Below are positions 36,555 through 43,135 of a stretch of DNA of 58,736 nt, in pieces (within the stretch, counting starts at the first letter, position 1; each line of letters begins with the position of its first letter). Position numbers and translations under genes: made by a program. The notes beneath the pieces were generated by a model, which ran no database searches, was not told the origin of the DNA, and was given only the letters and a program-made list of their open reading frames with translations. The stretch covers positions 1 through 58,736 of IMG/VR virus record IMGVR_UViG_3300023243_000165; one strand, given 5' to 3'. Origin of the DNA: a virus. Taxonomy: Duplodnaviria; Caudoviricetes.

Positions 36555-36741
36555 CTACCACCTCCGACTCTTTCCATGTGTTACCACTAGCAATGCATGC
36601 GGTGCCTTTAGCCCCTGTTAGGGCGTAGACTTTGCCTGTCTCAGGTTTGTCTGCGTCTGTAGGCTTTGAGTCATCTTTGATATACTCAGTCCCATAGTAA
36701 TCATTCATTTGCTGTATTATATTTTTTTTTATTTTCCCCAT
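36547..36741 (-). CDS. Hypothetical early protein
   Basis: 64 aa; GAGG RBS; coupled. Confidence 0.7.
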   Translation of the reverse strand: MGKIKKNIIQQMNDYYGTEYIKDDSKPTDADKPETGKVYALTGAKGTACIASGNTWKESEVVDE

Positions 36742-37070
36742 GTGATGCCCTCCTCGTCGGTCTTGAATTTAACTTTGTCTCTTAGCTTTAACTGCGAAAG
36801 TATCTTAGGTACGTTATCCAAGGTGCCAACACCCTTGAGTCTAGATCCTTTGGTAATCCTTACCCACATCTTTTCCGATTGACCACGCTTCTTAAACCAC
36901 ACGTAGACGTAGTCTTGCATGTTCCTCTGCCCCTCAAGAGCTTTGATTCGAAAGTATGTTTCCTTGCCATGCTCTGCACATGTGTAGACTACATTACCTT
37001 TGGCTTCTTCAGAGTCCAATGGATTTTTCCAAATAAAGTTATCTGTTATATTTTTTTTGATATTTACCAT
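36729..37070 (-). CDS. Early protein, YegJ/DUF2314-like
   Basis: 'EKMWV..GTLDNVP'; start at 37070 behind GGGGGTG. Confidence 0.7.
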   Translation of the reverse strand: MVNIKKNITDNFIWKNPLDSEEAKGNVVYTCAEHGKETYFRIKALEGQRNMQDYVYVWFKKRGQSEKMWVRITKGSRLKGVGTLDNVPKILSQLKLRDKVKFKTDEEGITWGK

Positions 37071-37153
37071 ATGATCACCCCCATGTAGGTAAGCAATCCT
37101 AGCCAAGCAATTGCAAAAAGCAATTCTGGAAGTATTGTGTTTGTCATTTTCAT
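37064..37153 (-). CDS. Early membrane peptide (29 aa)
   Basis: MKMTNTILPELLFAIAWLGLLTYMGVIIW; AAGGAG RBS directly after promoter. Confidence 0.65.
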   Translation of the reverse strand: MKMTNTILPELLFAIAWLGLLTYMGVIIW

Positions 37154-37173
37154 TCTCCTTTGGTTATACATTA

Positions 37174-37202
37174 TAGATAAGACATGATGGGATAAATGTC
37201 AA
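37174..37202 (-). promoter_or_regulatory. Sigma70-like early promoter
   Basis: TTGACA-17-TATCTA with TATCCCAT in spacer. Confidence 0.65.
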
Positions 37203-37249
37203 GAGAACTTTTCATCTTTTTTTACAGCAGGAAAGCAAAAGCATCAGGT

Positions 37250-37690
37250 TCCGAGCTGGCACGCCAGTCCCCTTCAGTTCTATGGAATCCCGACCAAATT
37301 AGTCAGGTATTGGTAGTGGGGGTGTGGGTCGAGAAAGGAAAATGAATTAACCAATGCCCACACCTTGAAGAAATCATACCACATTTCCAGCATCTCAGCA
37401 CGCCAGTCTGCCTGGCCAGCACCAGTGTCTTTTAGTTTAAAGGATAGTTGCAGATGTGGGAGTAGGCGTGGGCGTGGGATCAGGGATTTTCTCTTCCCAG
37501 CTGGTGCCGTCAGAGCTCTGGCGCCAGGGACGTTGGAGCTTAGGTCTATTCGTAGCGTGGGGGTGGGATCTCGGTGCGTGGGCGTGGGATCACGCTTCAG
37601 GATGGCCAGCTCCCAGCACCAGGGACGCTGCGATGGTGATCAAAGTTTTAAGATCCGTGTGGCGGGCGAGTGGGACGGCGGTGCGGGACT
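37250..37690 (+). repeat. Three to four GC-rich tripartite repeat units
   Basis: CCAG/CTGG clusters, TAGTTTAA at 37433, GTGGG(C/G)GTGGG-like at 37316, 37468, 37557, 37578. Confidence 0.72.
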
Positions 37691-37979
37691 CACGATCCAC
37701 GGCCAGAAGTACATAGGGCGCCTTCACGAGGGGTCTATTCAAGATAAATACTTTACCACCTGCTTTCTGATACTTAATATGCCAATTGATTTGGTACTTT
37801 GATAAGCCTTCGTTCTTGCTGGTGTTGGCTTTGAGTTCAATCCAAAAAACTTGACTGTTTACGACACAGTGGACATCGGGAATACCATTAATTGTATTAG
37901 ATTCTATGCGAGTAAAATGCCAAGTGCTGTCTAAATTTTTAAGCTGTTGCCAAATTCTAGATTCTTTATTTTGTGCCAT
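37590..37979 (-). CDS. VRR-NUC/Holliday-junction-resolvase-like PD-(D/E)XK nuclease
   Basis: 'GIPDV..FWIELK..LSKYQINW..AGGKVFIL'. Confidence 0.85.
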   Translation of the reverse strand: MAQNKESRIWQQLKNLDSTWHFTRIESNTINGIPDVHCVVNSQVFWIELKANTSKNEGLSKYQINWHIKYQKAGGKVFILNRPLVKAPYVLLAVDRESRTAVPLARHTDLKTLITIAASLVLGAGHPEA

Positions 37980-37990
37980 AATTTAATCGG

Positions 37991-38263
37991 TCAAGAATTG
38001 CAGATATGACCTATAACAGGGTTACCATTTATAGTATGTATGTAAATATTTTCACCTTGTTTTGGGTCCAATCTTTCATTAATTTTTAGATGGTTTTGCC
38101 ACCAAATTTCACATGGAACATCTATTTCGTAAGATACCAGGCTATAGCCATCAGTTCCACTAATATAAATAATTCCAATCCGCTCACTTAATTCTGATAA
38201 GCTTAGTGATGACGGAGTTAGGAATAATAGTACTACCACCAATAGTTTCAATATAACCTTCAT
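37991..38263 (-). CDS. Hypothetical, possibly exported protein
   Basis: Signal-peptide-like N-terminus; overlaps upstream gene. Confidence 0.45.
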   Translation of the reverse strand: MKVILKLLVVVLLFLTPSSLSLSELSERIGIIYISGTDGYSLVSYEIDVPCEIWWQNHLKINERLDPKQGENIYIHTINGNPVIGHICNS

Positions 38264-38522
38264 CGCCTTCCTTTTTATCTTTTAAACCGTAGTCAGAGAA
38301 TATTCTTGTGACACCTTTGTCTGTTGAATATAACCAACCCCTAGATATCATTCTACCAAGTTGAGATGTATGTAATTGATCAAAAGTTTGCCAGCCCGCT
38401 TCACCAACAATATCAAGCCAATGCACTTCTACAAAAGGGTACTTACTTATTTTTTCTTTATGGATTTTTTTATCAGGTTGTATGGTTTCAGCTTTCTTTC
38501 TAAATAGTCTTTTACTTCTCAT
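38184..38522 (-). CDS. Conserved phage protein
   Basis: 'VHWLDI..GW..SRGWL..IIP'. Confidence 0.75.
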   Translation of the reverse strand: MRSKRLFRKKAETIQPDKKIHKEKISKYPFVEVHWLDIVGEAGWQTFDQLHTSQLGRMISRGWLYSTDKGVTRIFSDYGLKDKKEGDEGYIETIGGSTIIPNSVITKLIRIK

Positions 38523-38617
38523 TTTTTCTCCCCGTTAATACACTTACGATTCCAACAGAAGTTGTTAAAGTACTATTATGCACTTCATTAAAAACTGTCA
38601 AGAAATTATTCCAATCT

Positions 38618-39130
38618 TTACTCTTTACTAATTTCAATTGGCGTAACGTCAATGATATTTTTAGCTTCTCCGATTTTTGATTCAAGCTCCTCAAGTCTTT
38701 TCTCCAGTTGTTCTCTGTTCATGCTCTCTAAACCAATATGGCTTATTTCCTTTCTATCAACAAAATGCCCTGCCATTTGATCTCTACGATACTGAGCAGT
38801 TATCGCTGCTGTCATCTGGCCTTTTTTCTCTGAGGTTTCCCTCATTCTAGCATAATGTTTATATGATAAAAGTTTGTCCTTTTCTTCTTTTTCTAGCTCT
38901 TGAGACATTCTTTTTTCAAAATATCTAACAACATGAGGATTCTTGTCTGGATTTAATAATCTACTTGCTTGATCAGTAGGGCCATATTTGTTAGTTGAGG
39001 TAAAACCAGCTTGTTTGGCAGCTTCAACTTTGCTAATCTCACCATAGTTAGAAACATACACATCAACAAATTTACGTTGTTTAGGTGTTAATTCAGATAT
39101 AGTCTTTAATTGATTAGCTTTTTTTGGCAC
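38618..39130 (-). CDS. terS: Terminase small subunit
   Basis: 'LTPKQRKFVDVY..AAKQAGF..ASRLL..P.V' HTH; likely GTG start 39130 (upstream ORF extension runs through repeats). Confidence 0.82.
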   Translation of the reverse strand: MPKKANQLKTISELTPKQRKFVDVYVSNYGEISKVEAAKQAGFTSTNKYGPTDQASRLLNPDKNPHVVRYFEKRMSQELEKEEKDKLLSYKHYARMRETSEKKGQMTAAITAQYRRDQMAGHFVDRKEISHIGLESMNREQLEKRLEELESKIGEAKNIIDVTPIEISKE

Positions 39131-39140
39131 TCGTTTACTA

Positions 39141-39479
39141 TATACCCCTTCCTTAGAAAAATAAACTACTAGTAAAAAAAATGCACCCCCCTGCCTCAAG
39201 GAGTAATTTACTCCTAGCTTTTCTAGGAGTACTCCTAGCTTTTTTTTCATTTCTAGGAGTGAATTTATGCTTATATTTCAATAAGATAAGGTGTTTACTC
39301 CTAGATTCCTAGCTTTTTTCCTAAGTCCTAGAGAGTTTTTTATTTTTTTTTTTTCTAAGGAGAGGGTATACAGGGTAAATTTCTAGGAATCCACGTAATA
39401 CCTAGTGTTTTTTACTCCATTTCTAGGAGTAACCCTGGCCCGTGAACCGTGAACCGTGGCTCTTGTCTCTTGTCTCTTT
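39141..39479. repeat. Iteron and inverted-repeat cluster (putative origin or pac region)
   Basis: Six exact CTAGGAGT/ACTCCTAG plus variants; 21 bp inverted repeats at 39141-39161 and 39350-39370; T-tract; heptamer tandems. Confidence 0.75.
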
Positions 39480-39553
39480 TATCTCGGCTCTCGTACCCTT
39501 ATCAATGACGAGGGTATATTTACTTTAGAACCATTATAAACTAAACTTTATCC

Positions 39554-39583
39554 TTGACTTATTAACCACGATCCATGTATGAT
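39554..39583 (+). promoter_or_regulatory. Sigma70-like promoter for small RNA
   Basis: TTGACT-18-TATGAT. Confidence 0.55.
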
Positions 39584-39588
39584 GAATT

Positions 39589-39659
39589 GTTTTCATAACA
39601 ACTTAGTTCTTTGGTTAAGTTAGATAGGGGCACTTCGGGAGACTGAGCTGCCCCTTTTT
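39589..39659 (+). ncRNA. Candidate ~70 nt small regulatory RNA
   Basis: Between promoter and terminator aggggca...tgcccct-tttt; no plausible ORF; complementary to early-gene leaders. Confidence 0.5.
39626..39659 (+). terminator. Rho-independent terminator
   Basis: AGGGGCA...TGCCCCT followed by T-run on + strand. Confidence 0.65.
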
Positions 39660-40119
39660 ATATGCTGGTAACTAAATTCGATATAAACACAGTCGTACAA
39701 AGATCCACTGCATGTCTTAAATGAGTCAAATGCTTTCTATGATATTTTTTAGATTCTACTTCCTTACAATTACGATACTTAGTAAATTGTGTTGAATATT
39801 TTTTCCAAGCAAAATTTCGAGGAGAGAACTGAATATCCCCTTTCATAATAGCCATTTTATATCTTTCTTTTACATGGTCAGGTTCAAACCCTGAGTAATA
39901 GCATACCGTATAAAAATCAGTGACATTGGACATAAGCCACTCATGAGCATCACATTTATATATTGAAGGCTTTCGGTCCTGGGACTTTGATCCAGCGTCC
40001 TCTATGGCGTTAACAAGCACACCACGCCACATCTTTTCTTCGGGCTCAACATCAGTACTTAATAATTGAGTTGCGAAGCTAGTGCCCATAAGTTTTAATA
40101 AGGAAAGAGAGTAAGTCAC
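39658..40119 (-). CDS. Conserved phage protein
   Basis: 'EEKMWRGVLVNAIEDA..A..W..DF..VC..G'; start probably MGTSF. Confidence 0.75.
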   Translation of the reverse strand: MTYSLSLLKLMGTSFATQLLSTDVEPEEKMWRGVLVNAIEDAGSKSQDRKPSIYKCDAHEWLMSNVTDFYTVCYYSGFEPDHVKERYKMAIMKGDIQFSPRNFAWKKYSTQFTKYRNCKEVESKKYHRKHLTHLRHAVDLCTTVFISNLVTSI

Positions 40120-40297
40120 GGTAATAAATAGTTTGATCTATATTATCTCTACTTTTTTTGTGCATTTCATAATCAATATGTACACCATCAATTACTTCGT
40201 GTATATCCTGCCCGTTGTGTTTTGGTTGATCAGGTTCTTTTAAAAAAATGTCTCTTGCCATAAGGTTATTATATTGGTTTAACACCATCTTTTCCAC
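40079..40297 (-). CDS. Hypothetical protein
   Basis: Coupled ORF; start uncertain. Confidence 0.65.
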   Translation of the reverse strand: MEKMVLNQYNNLMARDIFLKEPDQPKHNGQDIHEVIDGVHIDYEMHKKSRDNIDQTIYYRDLLSFLIKTYGH

Positions 40298-40544
40298 CTT
40301 TGATGACCTTTAATTTGTAAAGCTTAGCCTGTGTTTTAAATTTTTTTTCTTTTCTGAATTGCCAGACAGCATTAATATCAGCCATAAACTGTGGATCAAA
40401 GCTTTCTCTGTATCCTAATTTATCCCCCATATACAAACGAAACATACTCGTTGTAACGGTTTTATATTCTTTATCGGTTAGTTTCCCTGCTAAAATTTGC
40501 AGGGATCCCATTAATGGGTTAATGGATGGTGTTTTTTTTGCCAC
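40269..40544 (-). CDS. Hypothetical protein
   Basis: 91 aa, ends with LKVIKGGK. Confidence 0.7.
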   Translation of the reverse strand: MAKKTPSINPLMGSLQILAGKLTDKEYKTVTTSMFRLYMGDKLGYRESFDPQFMADINAVWQFRKEKKFKTQAKLYKLKVIKGGKDGVKPI

Positions 40545-40779
40545 TTATGAACTCCTTCAACAAATCAATTAATTTAAGCACATAGGCCGTTGAGACTGTT
40601 GCGGGTTCGTGGTTCGTGTTTATTTTATCTGTTTCAAAGTGACCTGCTCCTTTACACTCTTTGCATGTCTGCGTTTCTGAGTATGGAATTATTCTAACAA
40701 ATCCATTCCCTTTGCAGTTAGCACATATTTTGTAAGGATCACCGTATTTCATCTTCTTTTTATATCTTTTTTTAGCCAT
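40519..40779 (-). CDS. DnaJ-type zinc-finger protein
   Basis: Two CxxCxGxG motifs. Confidence 0.78.
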   Translation of the reverse strand: MAKKRYKKKMKYGDPYKICANCKGNGFVRIIPYSETQTCKECKGAGHFETDKINTNHEPATVSTAYVLKLIDLLKEFISGKKNTIH

Positions 40780-41011
40780 GAGTAAAGTCTTTTTTTCTAG
40801 GGTTTCTGTTCTTAGGCCACCTACATTTAAACTTCTGTACTACGACATTGTCTAAATTTTTCTCATCGCCAGTTACAATGAGAATATTATGACCATTTTT
40901 GTGTGAGTGCACATGATGAGTAATGAAGTTATTAACCTCAATCTCTCTTGTATTAGTTTTTAAATCATCAATGTATTTATTAAGATCAATACAATCTTTG
41001 TCAGTCATCAT
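40772..41011 (-). CDS. Hypothetical protein
   Basis: 79 aa coupled ORF. Confidence 0.7.
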   Translation of the reverse strand: MMTDKDCIDLNKYIDDLKTNTREIEVNNFITHHVHSHKNGHNILIVTGDEKNLDNVVVQKFKCRWPKNRNPRKKDFTHG

Positions 41012-41163
41012 TACTTACGCTCCACACCCCTTAAAATATTCAAGGCTGCATCACAACTTTTTGATACACTTACCCTTAAATTATCTAAGCTATCTTGTGT
41101 TTCTTTTAAAGTTTTCTCAAGCTTTAAAATAGTTTCTTTAGCTTTTTTTATTTCTTCTTCCAT
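41011..41163 (-). CDS. Small coiled-coil protein (50 aa)
   Basis: MEEEIKKAKETILKLEKTLKETQDSLDNLR...; GAGG RBS; TAATG-coupled. Confidence 0.65.
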   Translation of the reverse strand: MEEEIKKAKETILKLEKTLKETQDSLDNLRVSVSKSCDAALNILRGVERK

Positions 41164-41401
41164 TTGTACCTCTTGTTAGTTTCTTTTTTTTAGTTGTAAT
41201 TGGTGCTGCATCTACTTTTAAAATATGCTCTTTGTATGCAGGAATAGTCATTTTATTTTTTATAGCTTGAAATTGAACATACTCGTTCACAAGCTTTGAG
41301 ATCATTGATGCAGGTGACCTAAACTTTTGATTACAAAGTCCTTGTAAGACATCATAGTCAGGTTTTCTTACGGCCACACTCTTAAATTTATTTGTATCCA
41401 T
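41138..41401 (-). CDS. Ribbon-helix-helix-like DNA-binding protein
   Basis: 'KFKSVAVRKPDYDVLQGLC..RSPASMISKLV' beta-alpha-alpha pattern. Confidence 0.65.
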   Translation of the reverse strand: MDTNKFKSVAVRKPDYDVLQGLCNQKFRSPASMISKLVNEYVQFQAIKNKMTIPAYKEHILKVDAAPITTKKKKLTRGTNGRRNKKS

Positions 41402-41585
41402 GTTTTTTTAACTCCTCTTTCATTTGTTGTTTAGTTTTTATTTTTGGATCTGGTAATACAATCATCATTCTTTCAAAGTATGGATTGTTGTCGCTGAAGT
41501 TCCAACCTCTTTTTCTAGTTAATCTAGCATGAGCTTGGTACTGTCTATTTTTCCAATCTATCTCGCTAAATTTTAAAGTAGCCAT
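41388..41585 (-). CDS. Hypothetical protein
   Basis: Likely start MATLKF at 41585. Confidence 0.65.
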   Translation of the reverse strand: MATLKFSEIDWKNRQYQAHARLTRKRGWNFSDNNPYFERMMIVLPDPKIKTKQQMKEELKKHGYK

Positions 41586-41668
41586 ATTGATGCCCCTAAC
41601 ACTAATGCAAGTTTTGGAAATAATAATGTAAGTATTACTATTCCAATTATTAAATGAATCCAACTCAT
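41573..41668 (-). CDS. Membrane peptide (31 aa)
   Basis: MSWIHLIIGIVILTLLFPKLALVLGASIWLL; ATGA-coupled, GGAG RBS. Confidence 0.6.
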   Translation of the reverse strand: MSWIHLIIGIVILTLLFPKLALVLGASIWLL

Positions 41669-41862
41669 CTGCTCTCCAATTCATTCATTGCTAATATAGT
41701 ACACAAATCTGTGTGTAATGGTTTTTCATACATATCTTTATTTTTAATATGCACATTCTTTAACTTACCAGCTATCTCATCAAAATTAGTTCCTTCTGAT
41801 AGAGCAATATCTATCTTCTCAACTAATGATTTAAATAACTTTGATTTACTTTTTAGGTTCAT
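41665..41862 (-). CDS. Hypothetical protein
   Basis: First gene after promoter 41885-41913; AAGGAG RBS. Confidence 0.75.
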   Translation of the reverse strand: MNLKSKSKLFKSLVEKIDIALSEGTNFDEIAGKLKNVHIKNKDMYEKPLHTDLCTILAMNELESR

Positions 41863-41884
41863 TTTGTTTTCTCCTTATCCCATT

Positions 41885-41913
41885 AATATAAGAAATCCCA
41901 TGTCATATGTCAA
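41885..41913 (-). promoter_or_regulatory. Sigma70 promoter with two ATGGGAT boxes
   Basis: TTGACA-17-TATATT. Confidence 0.75.
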
Positions 41914-41939
41914 GCTGTATTTTTGTGCTAATATAATTT

Positions 41940-42170
41940 ATGAAAGAATTTTTTCTATTTGGTATTTTATGCACAATTAACCCAATGACTGGTGTAGAAC
42001 AGTGCGCCTATATCAATGAGGCTCCAATAGTATATTACTATGAAAAAACCTGTAAAGACGTAGCAGTTAAAAAAGTCAATGAAATAGGGACTAATTTAAC
42101 TAAAGTAGGGGTCAAAATAACTCAATTAAAGATAGCCTGCATTGTTGACAAGTCTAAAGTAAACACTTGA
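41940..42170 (+). CDS. Small Cys-containing exported-like protein
   Basis: 76 aa, hydrophobic N-terminus, four Cys. Confidence 0.65.
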   Translation: MKEFFLFGILCTINPMTGVEQCAYINEAPIVYYYEKTCKDVAVKKVNEIGTNLTKVGVKITQLKIACIVDKSKVNT

Positions 42171-42195
42171 TTTTACACCAAATAGTTGATAAGAT
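42167..42195 (+). promoter_or_regulatory. Sigma70 promoter giving leaderless mRNA
   Basis: TTGATT-17-TAAGAT, 6 nt before ATG 42202. Confidence 0.6.
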
Positions 42196-42201
42196 AATCA
42201 C

Positions 42202-42465
42202 ATGAAGCAATATCGTTTTCAATGTTACGCAGCTGGGCTATATTTCACTAGTGTCGTAAACGCTGCTAATGATGAGGATGCGATAGAAGGCTTCGCACAG
42301 AATATAATTGATAAAAAGTATTCTGTAGAAACCGATGGTTTCGGTCGTGGTAAACGTCGAATCCATCTTACTTATGAGGAGCTAGATAATGGCACTACAA
42401 AAGTTGATATCGGAGAAGCTACAGCTGGAATCCAAATGGGCCAGCCAAGCATTGTCGCAGGGTAG
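42202..42465 (+). CDS. Hypothetical protein
   Basis: 87 aa downstream of promoter. Confidence 0.7.
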   Translation: MKQYRFQCYAAGLYFTSVVNAANDEDAIEGFAQNIIDKKYSVETDGFGRGKRRIHLTYEELDNGTTKVDIGEATAGIQMGQPSIVAG

Positions 42466-42574
42466 AGTTACTACCGACATGAAGTGGATCGATATTAAAA
42501 TTAAAGAATTAAGAGTTGCAATTAACAACCAAAGTGTAGTTGATGCAAATACTCTTTATAAAAAAACTGCTTAA
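42389..42574 (+). CDS. Small coiled-coil protein
   Basis: GAGGAG RBS; 'LESKWAS..GRVTTDMKWID'. Confidence 0.72.
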   Translation: MALQKLISEKLQLESKWASQALSQGRVTTDMKWIDIKIKELRVAINNQSVVDANTLYKKTA

Positions 42575-42605
42575 TTAGTAGTTTTATATTAATTTTCTAA
42601 AATCA

Positions 42606-42764
42606 TTAATTTGGTAAAGGACCTTGCACCGCTTTTTTTAAGGCACACTCTGCACAGAAATATTCTTTATTCTCTATAACTACTGCTTTAGATTTACAGA
42701 TCTTACATTCTCTGTAAATAGATGAGGAACTTTCTCTGTGTATTTTTTCATTTTTCCCTGCCAT
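42606..42764 (-). CDS. Small zinc-finger protein (52 aa)
   Basis: Hand-translated ...ECKICKSKAVVIENKEYFCAECALKK. Confidence 0.6.
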   Translation of the reverse strand: MAGKNEKIHRESSSSIYRECKICKSKAVVIENKEYFCAECALKKAVQGPLPN

Positions 42765-43135
42765 AATTTATCCATTAGTTGTTTCATGTCCGGGTGAAGC
42801 TCCCAGGTCAGAACATTTAGTCTTGAAAAGAAATTTACTTCTTCTCTTGTTTTAGCAACATAGAAAAAACTAGCATCACCATGTTTTTTAATAGCTCTAA
42901 ATCTATGATTACCATTTCTAATTTCATTTTTAAGGTCTATAACTATTGGACATAGTAAACCATTTTGTTCGATATCATTTCTAACTACAGCTTTAAAATC
43001 TGCATGGGTTCCGTGAATCATTTTAAGATCTTCAAACTTTCTAAGTTCTAGTCTATGTTTAAATATTGTATATTGGGGCCAAATAGTTTCACCAAAGCCT
43101 GCAATTATATTTTTATGAAGCTTGTCCAAAATCAT
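42680..43135 (-). CDS. ParB/Srx-like domain protein
   Basis: 'GLLCPIVI..IRNGNHRFRA'. Confidence 0.7.
   Translation of the reverse strand: MILDKLHKNIIAGFGETIWPQYTIFKHRLELRKFEDLKMIHGTHADFKAVVRNDIEQNGLLCPIVIDLKNEIRNGNHRFRAIKKHGDASFFYVAKTREEVNFFSRLNVLTWELHPDMKQLMDKLWQGKMKKYTEKVPHLFTENVRSVNLKQ

Noticed and set aside
36063-37508. GCTGGTGC as Chi sites
   Set aside because: One mismatch from E. coli Chi, the inferred host is not enteric, and the motif is better explained as part of the repeat unit
35174-37690. CRISPR array
   Set aside because: Repeats are degenerate, irregularly spaced and interleaved with genes; no cas genes
37365-37802. + strand ORFs 37365..37802 and 37456..37716
   Set aside because: Translations of GTGGGC repeats (GVGVG, AWAW), antisense to the nuclease gene
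38512-38694. 60 aa ORF overlapping the terS end
   Set aside because: No clear start or RBS; a short gene in 38512-38620 is possible but unsupported
39131-39250. N-terminal extension of terS ORF
   Set aside because: Runs through the iteron region; TerS-like sequence begins near GTG 39130
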